This document shows positions 41,207-51,909 of a stretch of 64,000 nucleotides of DNA, piece after piece. Both the position numbers and the translations under genes were made by a program. The stretch spans positions 186,001 to 250,000 of the forward strand of contig CDROCS010000666.1 of NCBI GenBank assembly GCA_977020255.1. Reading direction: 5' to 3'. The DNA comes from Obrimoposthia wandeli. Its lineage: Eukaryota. Position 1 is the first letter of the stretch, and each line of letters opens with the position of its first letter. The notes beneath the pieces are model-generated. The model ran no database searches. It worked only from the letters and a program-made list of their open reading frames with translations, and was not told the DNA's origin.

Positions 41207-42211
41207 CTATTTAGCTTTACCATACACAGTGCACCAGTCATTTTTCATATCTATCAGATGCCAATTGTCTTTTTGTTTCGCTTCGTCTAGCGCTTTATCT
41301 AATCGACCAACGGATGAATCGCGATCATACTGCCATTCACGATCTGCGTCTGTATGGTGAACAATCATAGCCATACTCGGTGTATTTTGGTTGGTACTCC
41401 ATTGCATCATTGCTTGATCACCGTCAGAATTACCTACGGCAAGAATTGGCTTCTTACCAATCACACGCTGAATATTCTCTACTTTTACTTCCTTATCATT
41501 AAGAGAAGTAATCGTGTCATTTTTTGTCACCGTCGCTTTACCATCAATCATTGTGAAGTCATAACCGAAGCTACTGCCAATCACATTTTCTGGTGGTATG
41601 TTGTAGGCATCTTCTGCCCATGCACGCATGAAGTCGACACCACCACCTGAAACAATATAGGTTTTAAATTCATTATCCTTTAGGTAGGTTAACATCTCTT
41701 TCATAGGCTGATAGGTAAGTTGTTCGTAGCTACGATTAAAGCGCGGGTCTTTCTGCTGTGATACCCATTCTTTCACTTGCTTCTGAAAAGCCTCAACGGT
41801 CATTCCTGAATGTGTCACCTTAACCAAGTCCAGTAATGCCTGGTGATCTGCCGCCATTAATGACGCCATATCATCTTCTAACACCCACTTAAACGGTGTT
41901 TGCGTTTTCCATTCTGGATGGTTTTTCGCTTGTTTTTTAATTTGTTCAATCGTAAAAACAAGCTGAAAGTAAGCAGGTTTTTCAGACCATAAGGTTCCAT
42001 CATTATCAAAAACGGCAATACGATCATCCGGTGCTACATAATTCTTACTATTAGGGGTAGTAACGTCTTTAACAAAGGTTTTTATCGCTGTTCTACTTTC
42101 ACTTTCTCCCCAAGAAGGCAGCGTACTATCACTTGAATTACAAGTTGCAGCGAAGGCAGTAGTGGATGAAATAGCAAGAATAACAGCAAGTGAAAGAGTA
42201 TGGATGTGCAT
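41207..42211 (-). CDS. Secreted HAD-superfamily phosphatase
   Basis: Signal peptide (AFA), FDNDGTLWSEKP, VSGGG, GNSDGD. Start after AAGGA. Confidence 0.88.
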   Translation of the reverse strand: MHIHTLSLAVILAISSTTAFAATCNSSDSTLPSWGESESRTAIKTFVKDVTTPNSKNYVAPDDRIAVFDNDGTLWSEKPAYFQLVFTIEQIKKQAKNHPEWKTQTPFKWVLEDDMASLMAADHQALLDLVKVTHSGMTVEAFQKQVKEWVSQQKDPRFNRSYEQLTYQPMKEMLTYLKDNEFKTYIVSGGGVDFMRAWAEDAYNIPPENVIGSSFGYDFTMIDGKATVTKNDTITSLNDKEVKVENIQRVIGKKPILAVGNSDGDQAMMQWSTNQNTPSMAMIVHHTDADREWQYDRDSSVGRLDKALDEAKQKDNWHLIDMKNDWCTVYGKAK

Positions 42212-42455
42212 TAAAATAGTCCTTGGAAAATTAAAGAATATTAGTAAAACAAAAAACATCTAGCCCAAACAATATGTAAAATTACTAGTTACAATGGAAA
42301 TTAATGCTGTGTCACCCTCGTTTTTTCAGTTTTAACATAATGATTCATCGATAAACGCTCTGCATTATTACTAAATAGACGCTTTGAATTTTTAAGTATA
42401 GGAAAAATTCAAAAATAACCATATTCAAAGTGCTATTTACGATTATATTTTTTCC

Positions 42456-43724
42456 TTATCGATAAAAACCATGCTGAACGGGGTAACCCATTTGTTTTAT
42501 TATTTGTGCCATATAAGGGTCGATGTGTTTAAAGAAGCGATGCCAACCTGCACATAAATAGTTATGACCTTCTTCACCAGTAGACGATCGGGTGAAGCGA
42601 TTTTTAGGGCACTCACCAAAACAAGCAAATAAGTAATCGCAATTTTTACACTGCTTAGTTAACAATAAAGCTTTATCTCGCCCAAATGCTTCTTGCTTTG
42701 CAGAGTAAGCTAGCTCGCCCAAATCATTTTCTTTGATATTGCCAATTTTGTATTCCGGATAAACATAATGGTCGCAAGAATATACATCACCGGTTGGCTC
42801 CATAGCCAAGCCTTTTCCACACACCGAACCAAGCGTACACAGTGGGTTTACTCTTCCCATCCATGTTTCAACACTGGCTTCAAAATATTGCACAAAAACA
42901 CGTCCTACATCTTTTTGAGCCCACTCATCAAATACCGTACAAAGAAAATTGCCCCATGACTCCGCAGCAACAGACCATGGTTCCATAACACTATCGTCTA
43001 TGTTAGGGATAAGATCTGCACTGCCTAATAACGGTATATCGCCTTTATTCCAATGCTGAGGTGCTGTTGTACGAAATGTTTTTTGTTCCACTATTGGAAT
43101 GAATTGAATTTGAGGAGAGCGGACGACATCACGTAAAAAGCGATAAACCTCGAGGGGCTGACGGCTTGTTGCATTGTTGATACAGGTTAAAGTTGCAAAC
43201 TGTACTTTATATTTATGCAGCAAATCGACAGCTGCCATCACTTTATGAAAGGTGCCACGTCCTGCACGGTTTTTACGATAGGTATTATGAAGATGTTCTG
43301 GGCCATCTAGGCTTAGACCAACCAAGAAATTATTAGCTTTTAAAAAACGGCACCATTCATCATTTAATAGTGTGCCATTGGTTTGCAAGTCATTCGAAAT
43401 TGTGACACCAGCAGGTTTGTATTGTTTTTGAAATTTAACAATTTTTTTAAAATACGGGATACCTAGCATAGTAGGCTCACCACCTTGCCACGAAAAAACA
43501 ATTTCTGGTGTATTTTGATTTTCGATATATTGACGGATGTAGAGCTCTAATGTCTCATCGTCCATTTTAGGGCTGCACCCTTTTTTATAATTCAGCAGCT
43601 CTTTTTTACTTAAATAATAGCAATATTGACAGTCAATATTACACGCCGCACCAATCGGTTTAGCCATTACATGCAAGCGCTTACTTGCTTTTCCTTTAAA
43701 CAACATTGAATTTTGATCAGTCAT
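42456..43724 (-). CDS. Anaerobic sulfatase maturase (radical SAM/SPASM, AslB/ChuR family)
   Basis: MAKPIGAACNIDCQYCYY, WQGGEP, YSCDH, CKNC..CFGECPK SPASM cysteines. Confidence 0.95.
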   Translation of the reverse strand: MTDQNSMLFKGKASKRLHVMAKPIGAACNIDCQYCYYLSKKELLNYKKGCSPKMDDETLELYIRQYIENQNTPEIVFSWQGGEPTMLGIPYFKKIVKFQKQYKPAGVTISNDLQTNGTLLNDEWCRFLKANNFLVGLSLDGPEHLHNTYRKNRAGRGTFHKVMAAVDLLHKYKVQFATLTCINNATSRQPLEVYRFLRDVVRSPQIQFIPIVEQKTFRTTAPQHWNKGDIPLLGSADLIPNIDDSVMEPWSVAAESWGNFLCTVFDEWAQKDVGRVFVQYFEASVETWMGRVNPLCTLGSVCGKGLAMEPTGDVYSCDHYVYPEYKIGNIKENDLGELAYSAKQEAFGRDKALLLTKQCKNCDYLFACFGECPKNRFTRSSTGEEGHNYLCAGWHRFFKHIDPYMAQIIKQMGYPVQHGFYR

Positions 43725-43956
43725 CTTAACTCCTATACATAAAGATAGGCTGTCGTATCATTCTCAACGTTAAAAACGCATTGAATAAACTTCCTTAGAT
43801 AGAGACAACCGACAATAAAAATAAACCATATACTGCTTTATCGAACTAAAAACAAAAATAGCACGTCAAGCAAAAGGCTAGGGTAGCCTGACGTGCATAT
43901 TATATTCACTTTATCTAACCAATAAGTTGCTAATAATAGAAGCGATTAATTAACAC

Positions 43957-44883
43957 TTAACGTGTTGGGTTGGGAATAACAGGAATTGCGAAGAAACGTA
44001 GATTCCACGTTGGACCAAATTCATCAGCCTGCTGAACATAATAATGTAATTCTGCACCAATCCGCACAGGCATAGGACCAACCTTAATCATGGTATCGCC
44101 ACCAAAACCAACAGGAATGGTGTACTTATCACTTCCACTTTCATTCCAGTCAATTTGAATATTTGGACCGAAACCAATTTGCGTAGTTGGCGTTACGCGG
44201 TAACGCAATACGTATTGAATGTCGGTTAAATTAAGGTCTTCTTCCTCTTTGGTCTCGAGATTCATTTTCTTTGAATCCCCCATTCCCCACCAATGCTGAA
44301 CCACACCACCATATACCCATTCATCACCTAGGTGGAATGCAGTAACAGCAGGACCAACAGCCCATTGATCTGCCCCTTGAGTACTTAGAAAATCTTCTGA
44401 TGCTGTTGGTATTAACGAGGTAAAGCCAACACCCCAAATATTATTGTTTATAGGGGTTGCAGGGCCTAGTACGCCAAGTAACGCTGTATCGCCCATACCC
44501 GTTTCGCGCTTTTTACCAGGAGCTTCCATACTTAAGTGTTGGATAACTGGTCGTACAATAAAGTTATAATCTTCTGTTAAACCAAATGACATAACAGGTT
44601 GAAATTTAAAACTATTAATTGTGTAGTCATTACCCGCCTTATCTTCATATTGATAAGTGTCATTTTGAGTAAACAACATCCAAAGATCAGATACCGGATT
44701 ATTTAACTTAGCGGCTAATTCACCAAGATTTTCAGATTCACCTTCCGCGATTTCTGGTACAACTTTTTGTGAAACATCCGATTCATTGTTGATTGATTTT
44801 TCTGGATTAGTATTATCAGCCCAAACGGGAGATACTGATACTAATGTTGCGATAACGCCAGCTAAAATAGTCTTACTTGTCAT
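43957..44883 (-). CDS. Outer-membrane channel-like protein (family often auto-annotated neuromedin U)
   Basis: Signal peptide, LAAKLNNPV, FQPV, GMGD, QWAVGP and amphipathic strands. Confidence 0.7.
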   Translation of the reverse strand: MTSKTILAGVIATLVSVSPVWADNTNPEKSINNESDVSQKVVPEIAEGESENLGELAAKLNNPVSDLWMLFTQNDTYQYEDKAGNDYTINSFKFQPVMSFGLTEDYNFIVRPVIQHLSMEAPGKKRETGMGDTALLGVLGPATPINNNIWGVGFTSLIPTASEDFLSTQGADQWAVGPAVTAFHLGDEWVYGGVVQHWWGMGDSKKMNLETKEEEDLNLTDIQYVLRYRVTPTTQIGFGPNIQIDWNESGSDKYTIPVGFGGDTMIKVGPMPVRIGAELHYYVQQADEFGPTWNLRFFAIPVIPNPTR

Positions 44884-45177
44884 TTTTATTTCTCGCGATA
44901 ATCCTTCTTGCCACTGCTTATGGTTTATTTAGAAGGTATTAATGATGGTAACAGTCATTGTGTTACCAATATTTATCGCCATGTTGCTTTGTCAAAACGT
45001 TAACTTTTTAATTAATCATTAATGACTTATATTTCACCGAATTTCAAAGATAGGCGTAAGATACTATTTTTATAATTATTGAGAAAGAAGATTTATAACG
45101 TAGAGATAGAAACAGGAAATATTACCAGTAAGGAAGAGAAAGAAGGTACACACATACCTCCTTCGTTATAAATAAAG

Positions 45178-45771
45178 TTAGTTAATTAAACCATGATTAA
45201 TCGCATATTGAACCAACTCAGCACTGGTTTTAACATTAAGTAAGCGCATCATGGCATACTTGTGAAATTCAACAGTACGCGAAGAAATAAACAATTCTTC
45301 AGCCACCTGTTTTGCCGATTTCCCTTTCACTAATAACTGTAAAACACTCAGTTGACGTGCTGTTAACGCGGGTTTCTCACTCGTCATATCAATAGAATTT
45401 GAAATATAGCGACCACCATTCATTACAGTATCAACCGCTTTAACTAACTCTTCACCGGCTTGGTGTTTTAATACATAACCATTCGCACCTGCTGCAATTG
45501 CACCTTCCGCATATTCAGGTTCATCATGCATGGTTAAGCAAATCATTTTTACTGATTTAAAATCACGTCTAAGACGCGCAACAGCGGCAATACCAGTCAT
45601 ACCCGGCATACTGATATCTGTAATAACAAGATCCGGTTGATGTTTTTTAACCAGTGCTATTAACTCTTCACCATCTTTAGCAATAGCCAATACTGTATGT
45701 TCTGGTTCAAGTAAACTCGCCACACCTTGCGCTACAATAAGATGGTCATCAGCCAACACTAAATTACTCAT
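45178..45771 (-). CDS. NarL/LuxR-family response regulator
   Basis: ADDH, ITDISMP, GYVLK receiver motifs; LTARQ..TVEFHK HTH. Confidence 0.95.
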   Translation of the reverse strand: MSNLVLADDHLIVAQGVASLLEPEHTVLAIAKDGEELIALVKKHQPDLVITDISMPGMTGIAAVARLRRDFKSVKMICLTMHDEPEYAEGAIAAGANGYVLKHQAGEELVKAVDTVMNGGRYISNSIDMTSEKPALTARQLSVLQLLVKGKSAKQVAEELFISSRTVEFHKYAMMRLLNVKTSAELVQYAINHGLIN

Positions 45772-46966
45772 AAAAATCGTCCTCTAGAGGTATAGTTATT
45801 GAAACCATAAACCCACCTTCAGCAGGCGAATCAAAAGATGCCCTACCATTAAATTGTTGTGTTCGCTCAGTCATACTTACCAAGCCTAAATTACCTTTTT
45901 TCTCTTTAATATCAGTTTCTAATCCAACACCATCATCATTTATTTGAAAAAAAAGCTGATTATTACGTACTTCTAATATCACAAAAACATTGGTTGCTTG
46001 AGCATGCTTTATAACATTGCCTAGCGATTCTTGTAGTATCCGGTAAAGGTTTAATGCAAGTGCTGATGCTAATTGAGGTAGAGGGTCAATTAAACAATGG
46101 ATCTCTAACGCTGTAAGCTTATTGACTCGTCTACACTCCGCCTTTAGCGCAGCAGCAAGCCCTAAATCTTCGATAATTGCAGGGTGAAGCGAACGTGATA
46201 GCGTTTGCATATCACCCGCTAACTGCTGGATAGTTAAATACAATTTTTTGGCATCATCCACTTCTACTTTATCTTTTTCAATCGCATTGACTATATTGCC
46301 AGCTTTAATACTTAGCAATGCCATGCGCTGTGAAAAATTATCATGTAGCTCTCTTGATAATGCGCGCCTTTCTACTTCTTGATTTTCCATTAAGTGCCGA
46401 GATAGCAACACTAATTGTTTTTGCTGTTCACGTGTTTTCAGCCATAACGTATAACGCTCAAAAATAGCCGCAAGGTACTGAGCAAAAGTAGTAATCCTTG
46501 TAATGAAAACATCTTGCCAATGCTCATGTTCATGAAAGCGGCTCATTGTTATCGCTCCCCAAATTTTTCCTCTGACTTCAACTGGGCATATTAAGTGAGC
46601 AATAACACCTTCCATTCGCGCATATTCAAATTCAGCAGCTGTCATCACATTCAATGACATGTCATCAACAGCAATAACATTACCCGCAGAGATATTTTTC
46701 AGATATATACCTTCAGGATTAGCCAAATGAATACGTGGTTTTTCTATTCCGTCTTTAGCAACAGAACAGGCACCTTCAAGTCTCCCCTCTTCCGTTAGTC
46801 GAATCATCGACATACGACCGACATCAAACAATATCATGAGCTGTTCGAGCGTTTGCTCCATTTTCTTTGGTACATCCACCATATCCACCTCAATAAACTC
46901 GCGAGATACAGTCGAAAAAAAAGCTTCAGCTTCAGATAGTTGAGAAGACATCCAAGTCTCAGGCAT
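45764..46966 (-). CDS. Soluble GAF-HisKA_3 sensor histidine kinase
   Basis: LSRELHDNFSQ H-box, ESLGNVIKHA, DDGVG, GLVSMTER. N-terminal GAF-like region with no TM segments. Confidence 0.9.
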   Translation of the reverse strand: MPETWMSSQLSEAEAFFSTVSREFIEVDMVDVPKKMEQTLEQLMILFDVGRMSMIRLTEEGRLEGACSVAKDGIEKPRIHLANPEGIYLKNISAGNVIAVDDMSLNVMTAAEFEYARMEGVIAHLICPVEVRGKIWGAITMSRFHEHEHWQDVFITRITTFAQYLAAIFERYTLWLKTREQQKQLVLLSRHLMENQEVERRALSRELHDNFSQRMALLSIKAGNIVNAIEKDKVEVDDAKKLYLTIQQLAGDMQTLSRSLHPAIIEDLGLAAALKAECRRVNKLTALEIHCLIDPLPQLASALALNLYRILQESLGNVIKHAQATNVFVILEVRNNQLFFQINDDGVGLETDIKEKKGNLGLVSMTERTQQFNGRASFDSPAEGGFMVSITIPLEDDFYE

Positions 46967-47291
46967 TCAGTTTTCCACCTATTCAAATGATAATACTGTC
47001 CGATTCGTAACAGCAGAAACAGCAAGAAACGTTCTAATACTCGTAACCATATTTCGGTGTACTAGAAATAACGCGAATTCGTGATAACACCTACAAAAAC
47101 CATACAAATAGCAAGAGAACACGAAAAACTACGAGTGTTTTTACAGGCGTTCTAACGCTTTAATAGCCGCCATAAACATCGCCGTGTTTATACCGAGTTT
47201 CGAAGACTTCTTACATTGATGCTAACCGCACCACACAATTAGTATCAATTAGCATTAATCACCCCGTTATACACAATTTATGGGTAACGAA

Positions 47292-48866
47292 ATGGCTACT
47301 ACATTCAATAAAAGCGCATTAAGTAAAATTGCACTTGGCATCGGTTTACTGGCAACTGCACATTCTGCCTTTGCAGCACAAGATACTTCTCGTCCTAATA
47401 TTCTAGCAATCTGGGGCGATGATATTGGTTACTACAATATCAGTGCTTATAACCAAGGCATGATGGGATACCAAACACCAAACCTTGATCGCATTGCTAA
47501 CGAAGGTGCATTGTTCACTGATATGTATGCACAACAGAGCTGTACAGCAGGTCGTGCATCATTCATTACGGGTCAACACCCTTTTAGAACTGGTCTTCTT
47601 ACTATTGGTATGCCTGGTTCAGAACACGGTATTCCTGATTGGGCACCCACCATTGCTGATGTAATGAAAGACAAGGGTTATGTAACAGCACAATTTGGTA
47701 AAAATCACCTAGGCGATCAAGATAAGCACTTACCTACTAACCACGGCTTTGACGAATTCTTTGGCAATTTATATCACCTAAATGCTGAAGAAGAACCAGA
47801 AACGTATTACTACCCTAAAGATGCTGAATTTAAAAAGAAATTTGGCCCTCGTGGTGTTATCCACTCTTATGCTGATGGCCGCGTAGAAGACACTGGCCCA
47901 TTAACGCGTAAGCGCATGGAAACTGTCGATGAAGAATTCATTGGTGCATCGCTTGATTTCATGGAAAAAGCCGTAAAACAAGACAAGCCATTCTTCATGT
48001 GGGTTAACGCATCACGCATGCACATCCATACTCGTTTGCAAGATAAATACAAAGGCATTACAGGTGTGGGTATTTACCCTGATGGCATGACAGAACATGA
48101 TGACCATGTTGGCTTGCTGCTGGATAAACTGGATAACCTAAACGTTGCTGATAACACAATCGTTATTTACTCAACAGATAACGGCGCTGAAAAATTCACT
48201 TGGCCTGATGGCGGTACATCACCGTTCCATGGCGAAAAAGGCACAACCTTTGAAGGCGGTATGCGTGTTCCTCAACTAGTGCGTTGGCCTGGCGTAATTG
48301 AACCCGGTTCTAAGTTCAACTCTATGATGTCTCAAGAAGACTGGTTGCCAACACTTGCCGCAGCTGCGGGTGATAGCGACCTTGTGGAAGAACTGAAGAA
48401 AGGTAAAAACTTCAACAATAAAGATTGGCGTGTACATTTAGACGGCAACAACTTCATGCCATATTTTAAAGGTGATGAAGAAAAAGGACCGCGCACATCT
48501 AAACTTTACTTCTCTGCTAATGGTGAGCTAAACGCAGTACGTTGGAATGATTGGAAAGCAACGTTCGCAATGATGGACGGCGACATGCAATCAGCAATCC
48601 GTCAAACACCAGCTTGGGCTGAAATCACCAACCTGCGTGCAGATCCATTTGAAACTGCCCCTCGTGAATCTGGCATGTATGTACGTTGGATGATCGACAA
48701 CATGTGGCTATTCGTACCTATGTCGCAAGAAGTGGGTAAGTTCATGTCTACACTTGATCAATATCCGTTCCAAGCGGGTACAAATTTCAGTGCTGCAGGT
48801 ATTAACTACAACACACTAAAACTACAAAAAATGATGCAACTAGCCGCTGAACAACAGGCTAAATAA
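47292..48866 (+). CDS. Exported arylsulfatase (Cys-type, CxAxR)
   Basis: WGDDIG, QQSCTAGRASFITG, FGKNHLGD, STDNG, GEKG; signal peptide. Confidence 0.95.
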   Translation: MATTFNKSALSKIALGIGLLATAHSAFAAQDTSRPNILAIWGDDIGYYNISAYNQGMMGYQTPNLDRIANEGALFTDMYAQQSCTAGRASFITGQHPFRTGLLTIGMPGSEHGIPDWAPTIADVMKDKGYVTAQFGKNHLGDQDKHLPTNHGFDEFFGNLYHLNAEEEPETYYYPKDAEFKKKFGPRGVIHSYADGRVEDTGPLTRKRMETVDEEFIGASLDFMEKAVKQDKPFFMWVNASRMHIHTRLQDKYKGITGVGIYPDGMTEHDDHVGLLLDKLDNLNVADNTIVIYSTDNGAEKFTWPDGGTSPFHGEKGTTFEGGMRVPQLVRWPGVIEPGSKFNSMMSQEDWLPTLAAAAGDSDLVEELKKGKNFNNKDWRVHLDGNNFMPYFKGDEEKGPRTSKLYFSANGELNAVRWNDWKATFAMMDGDMQSAIRQTPAWAEITNLRADPFETAPRESGMYVRWMIDNMWLFVPMSQEVGKFMSTLDQYPFQAGTNFSAAGINYNTLKLQKMMQLAAEQQAK

Positions 48867-48976
48867 ACATCATTTAAACCATCATGCCTCTGCCAAAATG
48901 AAGTGAAACCTCATTTATCAGAGGCATTTTAATTTAATAGAGGCATGCGTTTTAGCCACTCCAGTTAGGTATTCCT

Positions 48977-49852
48977 ATGAAACGTTCGTTCTTTTCAATC
49001 AGCATTGTTTGCTTATCTCTCGTTACCTTATTTGGTTGCAACGAATCAAGCCGCAATACACAAAATAACACGGTAAAAAGCGACAAAGCACAAGCAACTG
49101 TTGACGAAAACCCATTATTAACCAGCATTATGAAAAACATGGTGCATGTTGAAGGTGGTGATTTCGAAATGGGTTCAAATAATGAATCCGCTTCTCTTGC
49201 AGAACAACCGCGTCACTCTGTCAGCGTAAATAGCTTCTACATCGATAAATATGAAGTTACACAAAAGCTGTTTGAAACCGTAATGGGATCATCTAACAGT
49301 TATTTCTCTGGTGATGATTTTCCAGTAAACAATCTAAGTTGGCAGCAAGCTAATTATTTTATTGAGCAACTCAATAAACAAACAGGTAAGCATTTTCGTT
49401 TACCTACCGAAGCAGAATGGGAATACGCTGCACAGGGCGGAAATAAAACGCAAAATTATGTGTATAGCGGTTCAAATAATATTGCTGATGTTGCTTGGTA
49501 TGCTGATAACGCCAAAAATAAAGCACACCCTGTTGGCATGAAACAGCCCAATGAACTTGGATTATATGACATGACAGGCAATGTGGGCGAGTTTGTAATC
49601 GATGCTTACGAAGAGAACTACTACTCTCGCCTTACTGATAACCGCGAACCCAACCAAACACCGTCTGTAAACAATCCTTCTACAAACAACCCAGCGAACG
49701 TTGTTGATTCAACACATCCGCTAGCCTACAAAAGTGTACGAGGGGGAAGTTATTCATACGCCGTCAATGAATCTGAAAATTATCGTCGAGATTCAGCAAG
49801 CCAAACCGCCATAATGGCAGATATGGGACTTCGCTTAGTACTGTCGAATTAA
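48977..49852 (+). CDS. FGE-sulfatase (SUMF1-fold) domain lipoprotein, apparently non-catalytic
   Basis: Lipobox LFGC, YEVTQ, RLPTEAEWEYAA, NELGLYDMTGNV, RGGSY; no Cys in the domain. Confidence 0.85.
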   Translation: MKRSFFSISIVCLSLVTLFGCNESSRNTQNNTVKSDKAQATVDENPLLTSIMKNMVHVEGGDFEMGSNNESASLAEQPRHSVSVNSFYIDKYEVTQKLFETVMGSSNSYFSGDDFPVNNLSWQQANYFIEQLNKQTGKHFRLPTEAEWEYAAQGGNKTQNYVYSGSNNIADVAWYADNAKNKAHPVGMKQPNELGLYDMTGNVGEFVIDAYEENYYSRLTDNREPNQTPSVNNPSTNNPANVVDSTHPLAYKSVRGGSYSYAVNESENYRRDSASQTAIMADMGLRLVLSN

Positions 49853-50151
49853 TAAGCCAATAAAATGATTGTTCGCGACTTCACACTGGAGCATTAACGT
49901 TATAATCGTTTACCGTTAATGCTATTTGCTCTTTTTTACTATCACAGCTTTCATTTATCAGTTTTATGTCACTGCATTCAACGTAATTCCCAATGATTAT
50001 TCTTACCCATTCCATCTAACCTTGACTATCACCGATAAGAAAAAAATTGTTCAAAGGCGCCACATCAATCTGTTGCTTTGTGGCGGAATGGGCAATTTGT
50101 TCTAGTGTTTAAAGGTACTTACTCGTCGAGTTAGAAAATGGAGTTCACTAT

Positions 50152-51702
50152 ATGAATAAGGTTGGAACCCGGTTGAAACAGTGCCTCACACTTGCAGTAA
50201 TGACAGCAGGTATGGCCTCAACCAGTTACGCCGCGGAAGAAAAACCCAACATTCTTGTGATTTGGGGAGACGATATTGGGCAATCAAATATTAGTGCATA
50301 CACCTTTGGCCTTATGGGCTACAAAACACCCAATATTGATAGTATCGCCAAAGAAGGCATCATGTTCACCGATTACTACGCCGAACAGTCTTGTACCGCA
50401 GGTCGTTCGACCTTCATTACTGGGCAAAGCGTATTACGAACAGGCCTTAGCAAAGTGGGACTGCCCGGTGCAGACATTGGCTTACAAGCGGAAGATGCAA
50501 CCATTGCCGAAATCCTTAAACCCATGGGTTACATGACCGGCCAATTCGGTAAAAACCACTTGGGTGACAAAGATGAATTCTTACCAACTAGCCATGGTTT
50601 CGATGAGTTCTTAGGTAACTTGTACCACTTAAATGCGGAAGAAGAGCCTGAAAATATCGATTACCCAAAAGATCCCGAATTCCGTAAAAAATACGGACCA
50701 CGCGGTGTCATTAAATCATTTGCTGACGGCAAGATCGAAGATACAGGCCCGCTAACCCGTAAACGCATGGAAACGATCGATGATGAAACCGTCTCCGCCG
50801 CGATAGATTTCATGGATCGTGCAGTAAAACAAGAAAAACCCTTTTTCCTCTGGTGGAACGCCACACGTATGCACTTTCGTACACACGTGAAGCCTGAACT
50901 AGCTGGATCAACAGGGATCAGTGAATATGCCGACGGTATGGTTGAGCACGACAACCATGTGGGCGAGTTACTGAAAAAAGTGGATGATCTTGGCATTAAA
51001 GACAACACCATCGTGTTCTACTCGACCGATAATGGTCCACACATGAACTCATGGCCAGATGCTGGTACTACGCCGTTCCGTAGTGAGAAAAATACTAACT
51101 GGGAGGGCGCATACCGCGTACCAGCGATGGTGCGTTGGCCGGGTAAGATCAAACCTGGTGAAGTCTCTAACGACATTATGCACCACATGGACTGGCTGCC
51201 AACGCTTGCAGCTGCAGCCGGTGACGATCAAATCAAGGAGAAGTTGCTTAAAGGCTACCAAGTGGGCGACAAGAAATTCAAAGTCCATTTAGATGGCTAC
51301 AACTTCTTGCCTTACCTTACGGGTAAAGAAGAAAAAAGCCGCCGTGATGAAGTGTTCTACTTTACCGATGACGGTGATTTAGCCGCACTACGTTACAACA
51401 AATGGAAAGTCGTGTTCATGGAGCAACGCATAAGAGGAACGCTGCAACTGTGGTCTGAACCGTTTGTGGTATTGCGTTTACCTAAATTGTTTAACCTACG
51501 TATGGACCCGTACGAAGTTGCCGATATAACGTCGAACACATACTACGATTGGCTACTCGACCACGCATACATGTTTGTACCTGCGCAAACTTATGTAGGT
51601 GAATTTTTGGCTACATTCCAAGAATTCCCACCGCGCCAAAAAGCCGCGAGCTTTAACCTAGATCAGGTGATGAGCAAACTGCAAGAAAGCCATCATAAGT
51701 AA
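50152..51702 (+). CDS. Second exported arylsulfatase (Cys-type, CxAxR)
   Basis: WGDDIG, EQSCTAGRSTFITG, FGKNHLGD, STDNG; signal peptide; paralog of 47292. Confidence 0.95.
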   Translation: MNKVGTRLKQCLTLAVMTAGMASTSYAAEEKPNILVIWGDDIGQSNISAYTFGLMGYKTPNIDSIAKEGIMFTDYYAEQSCTAGRSTFITGQSVLRTGLSKVGLPGADIGLQAEDATIAEILKPMGYMTGQFGKNHLGDKDEFLPTSHGFDEFLGNLYHLNAEEEPENIDYPKDPEFRKKYGPRGVIKSFADGKIEDTGPLTRKRMETIDDETVSAAIDFMDRAVKQEKPFFLWWNATRMHFRTHVKPELAGSTGISEYADGMVEHDNHVGELLKKVDDLGIKDNTIVFYSTDNGPHMNSWPDAGTTPFRSEKNTNWEGAYRVPAMVRWPGKIKPGEVSNDIMHHMDWLPTLAAAAGDDQIKEKLLKGYQVGDKKFKVHLDGYNFLPYLTGKEEKSRRDEVFYFTDDGDLAALRYNKWKVVFMEQRIRGTLQLWSEPFVVLRLPKLFNLRMDPYEVADITSNTYYDWLLDHAYMFVPAQTYVGEFLATFQEFPPRQKAASFNLDQVMSKLQESHHK

Positions 51703-51909
51703 CAGGAAAATACTGTAAACAAGGGCTCTTAGGAGCCCTTACTTCGTTAATTACGTCTAAAAACCCTATCGACATCAATCTATTATTTCCGTTTTCACAT
51801 AGCTCAAAATATAAACTGGAAATTTTACTAGTTTATATGAACGCCGAATAGAAAATATAATGAAACCGTATTCTCACCAATCACCTTACCGACATGAAAG
51901 GCATCATCG

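Noticed and set aside
48977-49852. Calling this a true formylglycine-generating enzyme
   Set aside because: The catalytic cysteines are absent from the FGE-fold domain.
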